Positions 32,583 through 45,461 of a DNA stretch of 64,000 bases are shown here, in pieces. Location: NCBI RefSeq assembly GCF_009914755.1, contig NC_060932.1. One strand, written 5' to 3'. Position 1 is the stretch's first letter, and each line of letters begins with the position of its first letter. Below the pieces are notes generated by a model. That model did no database searches, was not told the origin of the DNA, and saw nothing but the letters and a program-made list of their open reading frames with translations. Both the position numbers and the translations under genes were made by a program. The stretch is from the human T2T-CHM13v2.0 reference genome, Homo sapiens.

Positions 32583-33910
32583 GGAGCAAAGATGACTCTT
32601 GTTATGTTTTAGCAAAGAGACTGGTAGCATTTTGCCCCTGCTCTAGAGATTTGTGGAACTGTGAACTGAAGAGAGATGATTTAGGGTATCTGGTGGAAGA
32701 AATTTCTAAGCAGCAAAGCATTCAATAGGTGACTTGGGTGCTGTTAAATGCATTCAGTTTTATAAGGGAAGCAGAGCATAAAAGTTCAAAAAATTTGCAG
32801 CCTGACAATGTGATAGAAAAGAAAAACCCATTTTCTGAGGAGAAATTGAAGCTGGCTGCGGATGTCTGCATAAGTAATGAGATGCCAAATGTTAATCCCA
32901 AAGACAATGGGGAAAATGTCTCCAGAGCATGTCACAGGTCTTCATAGCAGCCCCTCCTATCACAGGCCCATAGGCCTAGGAGAAAATGGTTTAGTGGGCC
33001 AGGCCCAGGGTCCCCGTGCTGTGTGCAGTTTAGGGACTTGGTGCCCTGAGTCCCAGCCACTCCAGCTGGGACTAAAAGGCTCCAAGGTACAGCTTGGGCT
33101 GTTGCTTCAGAGGGTGGAAGCCCCAGGCCTTGGCAGCCTTCATGTGGTGCTGAGACTGCAGGTGCACAGAAGTCAAGAATTGAGGTTTGGGAACCTCAGC
33201 GTAGATTTCAGAAGATGTATGGAAATGCCTGGATGCCCAGGTAAAAGTTTGCTGCAGGGGCGGGGCCCTCATGGAGAATCTCTGCTAGGGCAGTGTAGAT
33301 GAGAAATGTAGGGTCGGATCCCCCACACAGAGTCCTTGCTGAGGCATTGCCTAGTGGAGCTGTAAGAAGAGGGCCAATGTCCTCCAGATCCTGGAATGGT
33401 AGATCCACCCACAGCTTGCACTGTGCACCTGGAAAAGCTGCAAACACTCAATGTCAGCCCATGGAAGCAGCCAGAAGGGAGGCTATATCCTGCAAAACCA
33501 CAGAGGCAGAGCTGCTCAAGACTATGGGAACCCACCTCTTGCATCAGTGTGATCTGGATGTGAGACATGGAATCAAAGGAGATCATTTTGGAGCTTTAAG
33601 ATTTGACTGCCCTGCTGGATTCAGACTTACATGGGGCCTATTAGCCCCTTTGTTCTGGCCAATTTCTCCCATTTGGAATGGCTGTATTTATGCAATGCCT
33701 GTACCCCCATTGTATCCAGAAAGTAAGTAACTTGCTTTTTGATTTTACAGGATTTTAGGTGGAAGGGACTTGCCTTGTACTGAATGAGACTTTGGACTGT
33801 GGACTTTTGAGTTAATGCTGAAATGAGTTAAGACTCTGGGGGACTGTTGGGAAGGCATGATTGGTTTTAAAATGTGAGGACATGAGATTTGGGAGGGGCC
33901 AGGGATGGAA
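32583..33910 (+). mobile_element. THE1 (MaLR) internal sequence, 5' truncated
   Basis: gactcttgttatgttttagcaaagagactgg...; purine-rich PPT immediately before the LTR. Confidence 0.88.
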
Positions 33911-34265
33911 TGATGTGGTTTGGCTGTGTCTCCACCCAAATCTCATCTTGAATTCCCACATTTGTGGGAGGGACCCACTGGGAGGTAAGTGAATCATGAG
34001 AGCAGGTCCTTCCCATGCTGTTCTCCTGATACTGAGTAAGTCTCATGAGATCTGATGGTTATTATAAGGGGGGATTTTCCTGCACAAGCTCTCTCTTTGC
34101 CTGCTGCCATCCATGTAAGATGTGACTTGCTCCTCCTTGCTTTCTGCCAAGATTGTGAGACTTCCCCAGCCACGTGGAACTGTAAGTTCAATTAAACCTC
34201 TTTCTTTTGTAAATTGCCCAGTCTCATGTATGTCTTTATCAGCAGCATGAAAACGAACTAATACA
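33911..34265 (+). mobile_element. THE1 3' LTR
   Basis: TGATGTGGTTTGGCTGTGTC...AACTAATACA, 355 bp, ATTAAA at 34191. Confidence 0.92.
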
Positions 34266-36186
34266 ATGTTGAAAGATTTCCTCCTTTATCAAGAAAAATT
34301 TTTTGAATGAAATTTTAAAACATATTAAACCTATATAAAAAAGTATAATTTGAGATCAAAGAGCATTGCCTTCAAAGTACAAACCATGATTACTGGTTTA
34401 TATGTAATGTGGCCAGTAAACCACTGAATTGGATATTACAAAAAAAATCAGTAAGTTAGAAGCTAAACTTCTTAACACAATAACATAAAGGAATGTTAAA
34501 ACTCAAAGAAAATAAATAAAACCAGGAAATAGAGTTCTAAAAAATTCATTACAGATTTAATATGAAGTCTAAATTAAAAACACAGAAGAGAGGTGAAAAT
34601 ATAGTTAATGAAATAATCACAATATGTCCCTAATCTGAAGAATGTATGAAAAAATTCACTTAGTACCAGGAAAAATTTATAGAAAGAGATGAAGGCTTTT
34701 ACTTACCCTCATGCCTTGAATGTCAAAAATAAAGAATACATGCCATAAGCACAAAAGAGAAAAGGTCATTAATTTGCTACAGAAAGAAATATCAGGTTAC
34801 CATAATACTTCTCTGCAACAAGTATCCAGAAGACAATGGAGCAACATCTACAGAGGTTTGGGGAACATAATTGTTGGGACCCTAAAACTATATTTACAGC
34901 CAAGTTTTTATTCAGACAGAAAAGCAATGCAATGATACTCTCACACATATTATAACTAATAAAATATATTGTAATATATAGACTGCACCTATTTTTTGAA
35001 AAGAAAAATAGTCAAGAACGTATTCCAGCCAAGAGAGAAATAAATTTAAATTTAGAAGGTAAAATAAGGAGATAGGATATTAAAGAAATGATTGCAAGCA
35101 ACAAACTCCATAAGACTTTTGAGTAAATTCTAGTTATTAATTATAATATTTTTATTACAATGATGTAAAAAATCTCAGGAATAATAAATAATTTTGACAA
35201 TGTAGTATCTGATTTACTCAATCAAAAACTTGAATTGAGAGAAAGAGGAAAGAAGTAAAAACATGATAAATTTCTTATCTTGCAAAAGGAGGAGTTAATG
35301 TTGATTTTTTCTTGAAAATGATAGAATTATTTAGATTCAAATATATTAATGTAAATCAAATTAATCTTTAGAAATTAGCATATATAGCTTTCAAATTAGA
35401 GAAAACAATAGCTGAATAAAAGTGATAAATATAGTAAAAGGTAAGCCACAATGTCTAATGTTGGAAATCAGGTAAATAAAATGAAAGGACTAAGAGTATA
35501 TATATATATATATATCACTTATTCCAATAAATATAGATGTATTAAGTTCTCCCTACAGAAAATGTAAATATAATCTTTGAACTGGTGGCAATAAATGAAT
35601 GTTTAATTATAAATAAAATGTAAAATAACATTTAAAAATTAAATAGATGAGTAAGGATGAATCACGCAAAGACCAAAAATAACAAAACCAATAATATTTT
35701 AGTGATCAAATTTACCAAGAGAAAGGAAAATTTAAAGCAAAAATATTAAACACAAATAAGATTAATTGATATTAATAAAATGACCATCAATTGTGGTATA
35801 ATAAACATACATTGCTAAACCAAAAGAAAAACTTCATTGAAACAAAAGAAACTGTTGCAATTACAGTTGTAGAATCTTTGACAGATTAACGCTGAAGTAA
35901 TTACTCAGAACATAAACATTTTAATAACTAATGAGTTTAAAATATTTCTTTGCATGTATAGTACACACCCCAATCATCTATAGAGGATTTCTCTATCCAC
36001 AGAAAATACTACATGTGGAATTTTACAGTAGGAAAAATTACATAACTTATAATTAAATCATGTAAATTGAAATTTTTCATATGTAAATTACATGCAAAAT
36101 TGTGCACTTCACATGCATTACATGAAATTACAATTTCACATCAATTGTAAGTCATTTTAATTCATGCTTGGTTACTTCATTTCTAG

Positions 36187-36291
<105 letters not shown>

Positions 36292-36746
36292 TAATGTCTT
36301 ATCAGCCATATATTTACTTTATTCCCCAGCCTATATGTGCATGTATATGTATGTATATATGTATTTTTGCTGCTTTCTAAATCAAATATATATTTGGGAT
36401 TCATTTTTTCATGTGTTATCAACAAAATTTATCCAAGGAGCAAAATCACATATTATTATACACAGATACAGCCAGTATTACAAGTAATGCTTTCATTATT
36501 GTACTGGTTATCTAGAAATTCAGTGATTCATGTATGTATAAAGTTTAAATCTGATGTTTAAAGTTGAATCTATTGCAACATATCTTATAGTTAAATTACA
36601 TCAATGTCAAGTTAAGCTTTTGAGAAAATCAGCAAACATTGTATATTTTTTACAAAATAATATATTAACACTAATACCAGCAATTACTAACAGTTAGTGC
36701 CTAACATCGCTCATAAGCTGGGTTAATCAGTAACACTTATATAGTA

Positions 36747-36801
36747 ATACACACACACACACACACACACATCACACATCACACACACACACACACATAC
36801 A
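36747..36801. repeat. Interrupted (CA)n microsatellite
   Basis: Read directly from sequence. Confidence 0.93.
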
Positions 36802-37108
36802 TATCAGGTTACCATATTTATCATATATATCATATATTTACCTGGAAAGATAAATCATGCTGTCTTGTTCATCTGCCTTTGAATTTGTCAGTATCATTCT
36901 CTTATTCACAGGCCGTTTTCAAAGATGGCTGCTTCTTGTATTTTGTTTACTTATTTTTATACATCATTGATTTTGTTACACAGTTTAATAAACGAATAAA
37001 AAGTTCGCGCTTGTGCTTGTGTGCATGTATGTTTGATGTAGAGGTAGCACTAAAGTAAGTGAGTTGCAGAACACAACTTATATCAGTCATTTGAGAATAT
37101 ATCATTGA

Positions 37109-37408
<300 letters not shown>

Positions 37409-37674
37409 TAAATTAAATTTTCTTAGGTATCCCACAAACCCTCAACACACAAGGGCTTTTCTATAGTTATTAACTGACAATCAAAACTCTTCCTGATGAC
37501 TGTGGTTCCCTTAAATATAACGGAATATTGGGTGGAGTGTCAGTTGCAAATACAAATGATAATTTGTATAATGTTTGGGCTTTTTACTTTACATAAAAAT
37601 AATTGAGAGGAAAGGAGAATTGAAGTTCTATAGAAAGGAATAAGGAGCGTTGTAACAGCTCCATTAAATGTTAA

Positions 37675-37881
<207 letters not shown>

Positions 37882-38396
37882 TGAGAATATGTAAGCTTTG
37901 TGGTTATAGAGGATATTCAATGGGGGGAAGTATAAGCTTCTTACTGAAGATCAGGTAAGAATAGTAGTAACTCAAGCTTTTATGTACTTGCTCATATCCA
38001 GATGCTAATATCAATGATTCCCAAACTTGTGCACATTGAAATCACCAACAGGTCTTTCATAAAATACTGATGTGGGTTGAAGACATTGTGATTTAATTGT
38101 TATTGGGTATGACTTGAGCATCAGTATTTTAAAAATCTTGTAGATGATTTAATTTTAGCCATAAATGTATCCCATAGTTTGTTTATCCCATAATTTCTGA
38201 TTCTTCCCACATCAAGAATCAGGTGACATCACTGAAGATTGTACAAGTATTAAGTTGATAATTAGACAATATAAAAAAGGATTATTTCAATATATTTAAC
38301 ATTGTAATGAAATGGAAATTTTTGAAATATAAAAATTACTAAAGCTTACTCATGAAGAAATAAATAACCTGAATAGCCCTATATCTAATAAATTAG

Positions 38397-38552
<156 letters not shown>

Positions 38553-38739
38553 TGATTTTTTTTTTAAGTAGCTGAATGTGTTTAAAGTAGAACCCGTCCT
38601 AAGCTAAGTGACATGGGAAGTGCAGAGGAGCAATTTAACATGGTTCCACACACATGAAGCTTTGAATCTACATGTAGGGAAAGAAAAGAGGGCAGGATTC
38701 AAAACAAATATGGAACAATAACCAAGATACTATATCAGA

Positions 38740-40180
38740 GCAGAATATATTGGTTTAATAACATATTAATTTGTGCACTATTGGAAAAATTTACAAGCAT
38801 AAACCACATGATGGGCCATAAAGCAAGTTTTAACAAACTTAAAAGAACTGAGCTGGGCGCAGTGGCTCACGTCTGTAATCCTCACACTTCTGGAGGCCGA
38901 GACAGGCAGATCACCTGAATTTGAGATGAGCCTGGCCAACATGGGAAACTCCCTCTCCACTAAAAATATAGACTAAAAAACAAGAAAGAAAAGAATTGTA
39001 GCCACACAAAATATATTCTCAGAATTAAATTACAATAGAAGTAAGTAATGGAAAGATATCACTAATTAGAAAAATTCTCAGTTGAAAATTAGATAATGAA
39101 TTCTAAGGAACTCAACTTTCAAAGGAATAATCAAAAGGGAAATTAGAAAGTGTTTTAACCTGAATGAAATTAAATACCACGTGCCAAAACATGCAGGTGT
39201 AGTAAAATCAGTAGAGGAAAATGTATAGCGCTTATCTGCTTCTGTTTGAAAAGAAGAAAAATAAAAGATCAATGACCTCAGCTTTTACTTTAAGAAACTA
39301 GAGAAAATAAAGAAAATGAAGCCCAATATATGCAGAAAAAAAGAAAAAGTAAATATCAGATTGATCACTAATGAAATAGAAAACAGAAAAATAACAGAGA
39401 AAATGTATTTTGAGAAGATTAATAAATTTTATAAGCCTCCAGCCAGTCTAACTAGTTAGTACATATTATTAACATCAAGAATCAGAAAGGCAACATCAAT
39501 GAAGATACTATAAATATTAAGTTGATAATTAGAAAATATTATGAAAAACCTTATTTTAATAGATTTGACAGTGCAATGAAATGGAAATTTTTGAAAGATA
39601 AACATTACTAAAGCTTACTCATGAAAAACAGATAACCTGAATAGCTCAAGTTAAATTTGTAGTAAAAACCTTTCCACAAACAAAAAAATATTTGACCCAT
39701 ATGGCTCTACTGGTGAATTCTATTTAAAAATTCATGAATGCATAACACTAATTCTACATAAACTTTCCAGATAATTGGAAAGAGGGGGAAAATTCCCAAT
39801 TTATTTTATGAGGCCAATATTTCTCTGATGCCTACCTATAAAAGTCATTACAAGAAGAAAGCACTACTAACTAATACACTAACAAATATAGGTGCATGAA
39901 TTATTATTAGATGTTAGCCAACTGAATCTCATGATGAATGATAATGCATCATGATCATATATAAAGGATAATGAATCATGATCAAGTATTACTGCAATAA
40001 TGCAAAGAAACTTTAACATTCAAAAAAGCAATGAGTCTAACTTACTGTATTATCAGTGAAAGTGTAAAATCATATGATCATATCAATAGAGGCAGATAAA
40101 TTATTTGAAAAAATTATGTCTATTCCTGAGAAAATTCAGTAAACTAGGAATGTAAGCAATATATGAAGATCTAAGAAAAA
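38740..40180 (+). mobile_element. Old L1 ORF2 fragment containing an Alu left monomer (~38851-38970)
   Basis: Degenerate endonuclease-to-RT region sequence; Alu start gctgggcgcagtggctcac. Confidence 0.75.
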
Positions 40181-40278
40181 TGTTGAAAATCCTGCAGAAG
40201 TCCCTGCAAATCACAGCTTGTTCAATAATTGTAGCAACAGCGATAATTTCCAATACATTCAGCTCACTTAAAAAACTG

Positions 40279-40995
40279 TTAGAATGGTGATCATTAAAAA
40301 GTCAGGTAACAACAGATGCTAGAGAGAATGGAGAGAAATAGGAACACTTTTACATTGTTGGAGGGAGTGTAAATTAGTTCAACCATTGTGGAAGACAGTG
40401 TGGCAATTTCTCAAGGATCTAGAACTAGAAATACCATTTGACCCAGCAATCCCATTACTGGGTATATACCCAAAGGATTGTAAATAATTCTACTATAAAG
40501 ACACATGCACACATACGTTTACCGCAGCACTATTCACAATAGCAAAGACTTGGAACCACCCCAAATGTCCATCAATGATAGACTGGATAAAGAAAATGTG
40601 GCATATATATACCATGGAATACTATGCAGCCATAAAAAAGGATGAGTTCATGTCCTTTGCAGGGACATGGATGAAGCTGGAAACCATCATTTGCAGCAAA
40701 CTATCACAAGAACAGAAAACCAAACACCGCATGTTCTCACTCATAAGTGGGAGTTGAGCAATGAGAACACATGGACCCAGTGAGGAAAACATCACACACT
40801 GAGGCCTGTCGGGGGATGGGGAACAAGGGGAGGGATAGCATTAGGAGAAATACCTAATGTAGGTGACAAGTTGATGGGTGCAGCAAACCACCATGCCACG
40901 TGTATACCTATGTAATAAACCTGCACGTTCTACACATGTATCCCTGAACTTCAAGTACAAAAATAAAATAAAATAAAATAAAATAAATAAAATAA
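40279..40995 (+). mobile_element. L1PA 3' end (5'-truncated)
   Basis: ORF2 C-terminus MIDWIKKMWHIYTMEYYAAIKKDEFMSFAGTWMKLE, 3'UTR, (TAAAA)n tail, TSD AAAAAACTG. Confidence 0.95.
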
Positions 40996-41006
40996 AAAAA
41001 CTGAGT

Positions 41007-41310
41007 GGCCAGGCACAGTGGCTCACAGCTACAATTCTAGCACTTTGAGAGGCCAAGGCAAGAGGGTAATTTGAGGCCAGGAGTTCTAGACCAGGCTGAG
41101 TAATATGTCAAGCCTTTGTCTATATAAAAAAAGAAAAACAGCCAAACATAATGGTGCACACCTGTAGTCCCTAGCTACACGGGAGACTGAGGCACCAAGA
41201 ACCTCTGGAGCCCAGGAGATCCAGACTGCAGTGAGCTATGATCATGCCACTGCATTCCAACCTGGGCTACATAGTGATACCCTGTCTCAAAAAACAACAA
41301 TAACAACAAA
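41007..41310 (+). mobile_element. Alu (J-type)
   Basis: Alu consensus match, diverged. Confidence 0.9.
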
Positions 41311-43011
41311 AATCAAGACAAAACCTGTAAGGAAAGATCAAGAAACTACAAAGGCATTAGCTTTAAAAAAAAAAATAGCTGATGAAGAAAGCATCATTTT
41401 TGAAAAGATTATCTCTTTAAAATGATGAAACTGCCCATTAGGATTTAAGTCATGAAGAAGGGATCGAAAGGCCCAAATTTTAAGGCTAATAATTAACTGA
41501 CTCTTGCTAGATGCAAGTGCCAATAAAAATATTATATTGCCAGTATTTTAAAATCAGGATATTTTTGGTTGGTGGGGTGGTCTGGTTACGTAGTTCCAGA
41601 GGTTTCGAATGCTTTGCCACGGCTTTAGGCATGCCATAAGCCTTGTGATTTTTACTGCACAATATTGCAGAGCATACCCCCACTCTATCCCCCAGAACAC
41701 ATATATGACATTTTAGTGGAAATGCCTCTGATGAATTTCACTGGCATATAGAGATAGTGAATCTTTCTCTGGTTATATATGTTAGTTATCATTTTTATCC
41801 ATTTATACTCTTTATTATGCCAGATGTGATTCCAAGAAGGTAAAACCAAGTCTTAATTGTCCATTAGAATGGACAAAATAACAACGTGTGATTTTTTTTA
41901 AGTTTACACTGAGATTTTCAGGAAAGAAACCGCATGATGCTAATGTAATTCTCATTCATTTGTCTTGAGGTTTAAATGAGAAATTGTATGTAAATATACT
42001 TAGCACAGTGATTGGTATACACTTAGCACTTAATATGTGTTATTTTAATCTACGATGCCTCATGTGCTGTTGCAGTTACTTTCCTAATTACATTTTCCTT
42101 AAATTAATACGTTAAAATAGGTGGACTTCCAGAGAGATGAGTCAGGAAAGGTAGGCTGAGTACTGCTCAATGATGAATAACCATAGAGCGTAGGACATAT
42201 TTGTTATGATTATAGATTCTAAGCTTCCTTTAAGGGCTTTTGGTTTTTTGGTTAAATGAGGGGCACCTAGAAGAGAAGATGAATAAATATCTGTTGAATA
42301 TGTGAATAAATTCAATTTACTGTTGATGGTATATACACCATGATATTAACAGAGATAGGAGAGTTGGATCCTCAAACATCACATTTAGGGTTTTTGTATT
42401 TTTTGGCATGAAGTATTATAAACAATAATGATTTAACTGATGCTTATTTGACACAGTTATCCATCAAAGACCAGTCCTCAGCAAACCTGGGGTTTGGGGG
42501 AGGTCTGTCTTTGGCGTCTTTTACCTATTACGTTAATGATGCTTGTTTTTTGTTTGTTTGTTTTTTCTCTCCCTGCTCTGGCATCCAGGGCCTCTCACAG
42601 ATCCTGCTTCCATTGGACCATGCTTTCTAGTTGTATTAATATTTACTGGGGAGTTAACAGAATGCACTTTAAAGAGGGAAACTTAATTTAGGAATTTTTG
42701 TATTTTAATAGGAAATTGTGGAGTTTCTCAAAGACATTCAAGGCCCAAAGGAATGTGGCTGGTTAGGGAATTTCAGGCATACAGTCAATTAGCGATAGTA
42801 AGATTTGGTGGCTAGCAGACCTGCCTCATCATATTCATATCACAATGTATAAATCCCCACTCTTCTCATATGTAAATTTGTCTTATAGACAGGCCCTGAG
42901 ATAGACTCATATGTTGTAGGATAACAATCTACACAAGAATATTATGTCTGGGTCTTTCAGTATTGGTATATTTACTAGGAATTGCAGGTTAATAGTATCT
43001 CTTCTTACTAG

Positions 43012-43077
43012 CAGAGAACTCCAGAATCCTTGGAAAGCCTGCCCACTAGTTTTTCAAGTCCCCACTACATCACACTG
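43012..43077 (+). CDS. ADAM7: Alternative in-frame cassette exon of ADAM7 (22 aa)
   Basis: Pyrimidine tract plus TAG/CAG tandem acceptor, CTG|GTacgt donor; phase 0-0; QRTPESLESLPTSFSSPHYITL. Confidence 0.75.
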
Positions 43078-43672
43078 GTACGTTCCCCTCCCCTTCCTCT
43101 TGGTGGTGGGCTATGTCCTTTCCAATAATAATTTTCATGAAACTTAATCATTTGTTGGTTCCTTGAAAAGGACCAATAATATAACATCGATAGCTCTCTA
43201 ATCGGAGGTAGAAATGGGACACTCTGACACTCTGGCATAGAGACCTACTTCTTAACAGGGTGGGGGTTAGGGTGAGGAGAGTGAAGTGAGCCAGGCAAGT
43301 CCTAGGGCAGACCCAAGTTTTTGTTTAAAATGTTGGCATTTTGTTCACCATGATACATGCATTTTCTTGCAAATTAATTTTGATATTTTAAACTAACACA
43401 TTAGCACAAAATTTATCTTAATTACTGAATTAGTTTTCTCCCCTTAAATTCTGCCCCTGAGACCAATGCTTCACTCACCTCACTCTAGTCCTGGCCCCTG
43501 TTCTAAAAGGTAAAACACAGCAATGGTTTTCAGTGAGTCCTTGATCAGCCAGAGGGCTCTCCCCTGGAACCCTCAGTTAGATGAAGCTGTGTAATCCCTG
43601 CATCTTTATTTATAAGGGAGAAACAAAATATTAGCACATATTAGCACACACATGCATTAGAGACTGAGTCAA

Positions 43673-43674
<2 letters not shown>

Positions 43675-43710
<36 letters not shown>
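43675..43710. repeat. (CA)n microsatellite
   Basis: Read directly from sequence. Confidence 0.95.
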
Positions 43711-43714
<4 letters not shown>

Positions 43715-44398
43715 AGAACCACTACAGGATTTCTAGGAATTGCCCAAATGACTAGAATCTCTATCTCTACATCCTCAAGGTTACTCAGTAGAGCACCTCT
43801 TACTCAGAACTGGGCGCTGAATACACACAGATTTTCAACTTTGTATTTTTAAAAGCAGCCATTCTCATTAAGCTTTCTTTATGGACGACTAAAACGCTGT
43901 GATTAGTTGATTAGTTTCTAATCTGTGGTTGCAGAGAATCCTCAGATCACACAAAAGGATTACAGAAAGTGGCAGACAGCTGGGGGAGTTGTATGAATGA
44001 ATTCTTCCTTGAACCCGGGCAGTCCATGTTTAAAATCAATTTTACTGAGATTCCAACAGAGATGTTATCGGAATGAAAGTGCTAATACTTTAAAAGTGTT
44101 TGAAAATCTCTTACCTAATATATTCTAGGGAAGATTCACAGATTTTACAACCAATAATGGTTTCTGATACAACTTTGCTTAACCAACACCATCTATCCTC
44201 CTCTCCCTCAATCCCATAGGAATTTACAAACTGTCTTAAGCAATTTACAAACTGTCTTGGATTTTTCATGGAGCAAGCAGAGGTGGCCTGCGTGTGTATG
44301 TGCTCATGTGTATGTGTGCACATGCATGTCTGTGTGTGGATGCCCATGCGTGTAACATCTGATGTGGCACATGATACAACATAATTTATTTATTATAG

Positions 44399-44454
44399 AA
44401 ACCTGCAAGTAAAGATTCAAGAGGAATCGCAGATCCCAATCAAAGTGCCAAGTG
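44399..44454 (+). CDS. ADAM7: ADAM7 exon 21 (C-terminus plus first 2 nt of the stop codon)
   Basis: ttatAG/GTaggt; KPASKDSRGIADPNQSAK + TG; 56 nt. Confidence 0.93.
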
Positions 44455-45461
44455 GTAGGTTACCCTGACAGATAGTACCTCCCTTTTTTATTTTTCAAAT
44501 GCTGGCATAGTTTTGTGTTCTTTACCAACTCATTGATTTACTGGGGACATCCTCTGTACTTATCAACAGATTAGGAAGGTTAGAATTTTTTTTTTTTTTG
44601 CTGATATGCTTAAAGTTCTAATATATAATTCTGCTAAGGATGTTTTAATCAAAACTTTCTAACCGGACCAAAGGAGCAATCCAGAATTCAACAGTGCCAC
44701 AGTCTCAATACAGGTTAGGAATAACGAAAGCAGCACTATTCTTTCAGACTTTTGTTGGTCAGAGTATACATACCCACAGGTTTTCTTCAAGTATGTTAAA
44801 AGACTTCGTAATGTTGGGAATCACAGAAAAGGAACAGTTTCCTTCATGATTCCTTTTTTAGATTTTTCACTTATCAAATCAATAAATGGAAGGGTTGATT
44901 TCACATTTGACTTAGTATGTCTATATTAGAAAATTTATCCAAAAATTGTGATTTATGTCAAAGGGAAAGAAAATGAGCATGGCTTCAGTACATTTTGAGT
45001 TTGTTTTCATTTCTTCCTCCTTTATTTCTGCTGAGTTTTTACAGTGCACTAGGCACTGGATTAGTATGAAGATTCCTTCCACAAAGCGTTCTTATGAGGT
45101 GTAATAAGATACACCGCCCACCTCCACCGAAAAGCAGGGCATTTTCTAATGATCTTTCCACTCCACAATGACAAACCTGTCCCACAGAGAGTAGAGAGTG
45201 AAGACACTCCTTAGTGCCAGCAAACTGTTTGGCATCCCATAATGGAAAACAAAATTATTTTCTTTCTTTCATAATAGGCCTATTTATTTTATAACTGCTT
45301 AATTAGCAATGGCTAGGGAGATCTATAAAAGCATGAATAAATGTAGGACTACAGAACACAGAAAGGTTATTCTAATTAGTAGATATAAATGAGTAATGGA
45401 AATACATGGTTCACAGATTTCACAGGAAACAATCTATTTTTAACCATCTGTTTCTATTTAG

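Noticed and set aside
32722-33997. Cluster of overlapping ORFs on both strands
   Set aside because: Degenerate THE1 internal sequence with higher GC; no intact retroviral gene.
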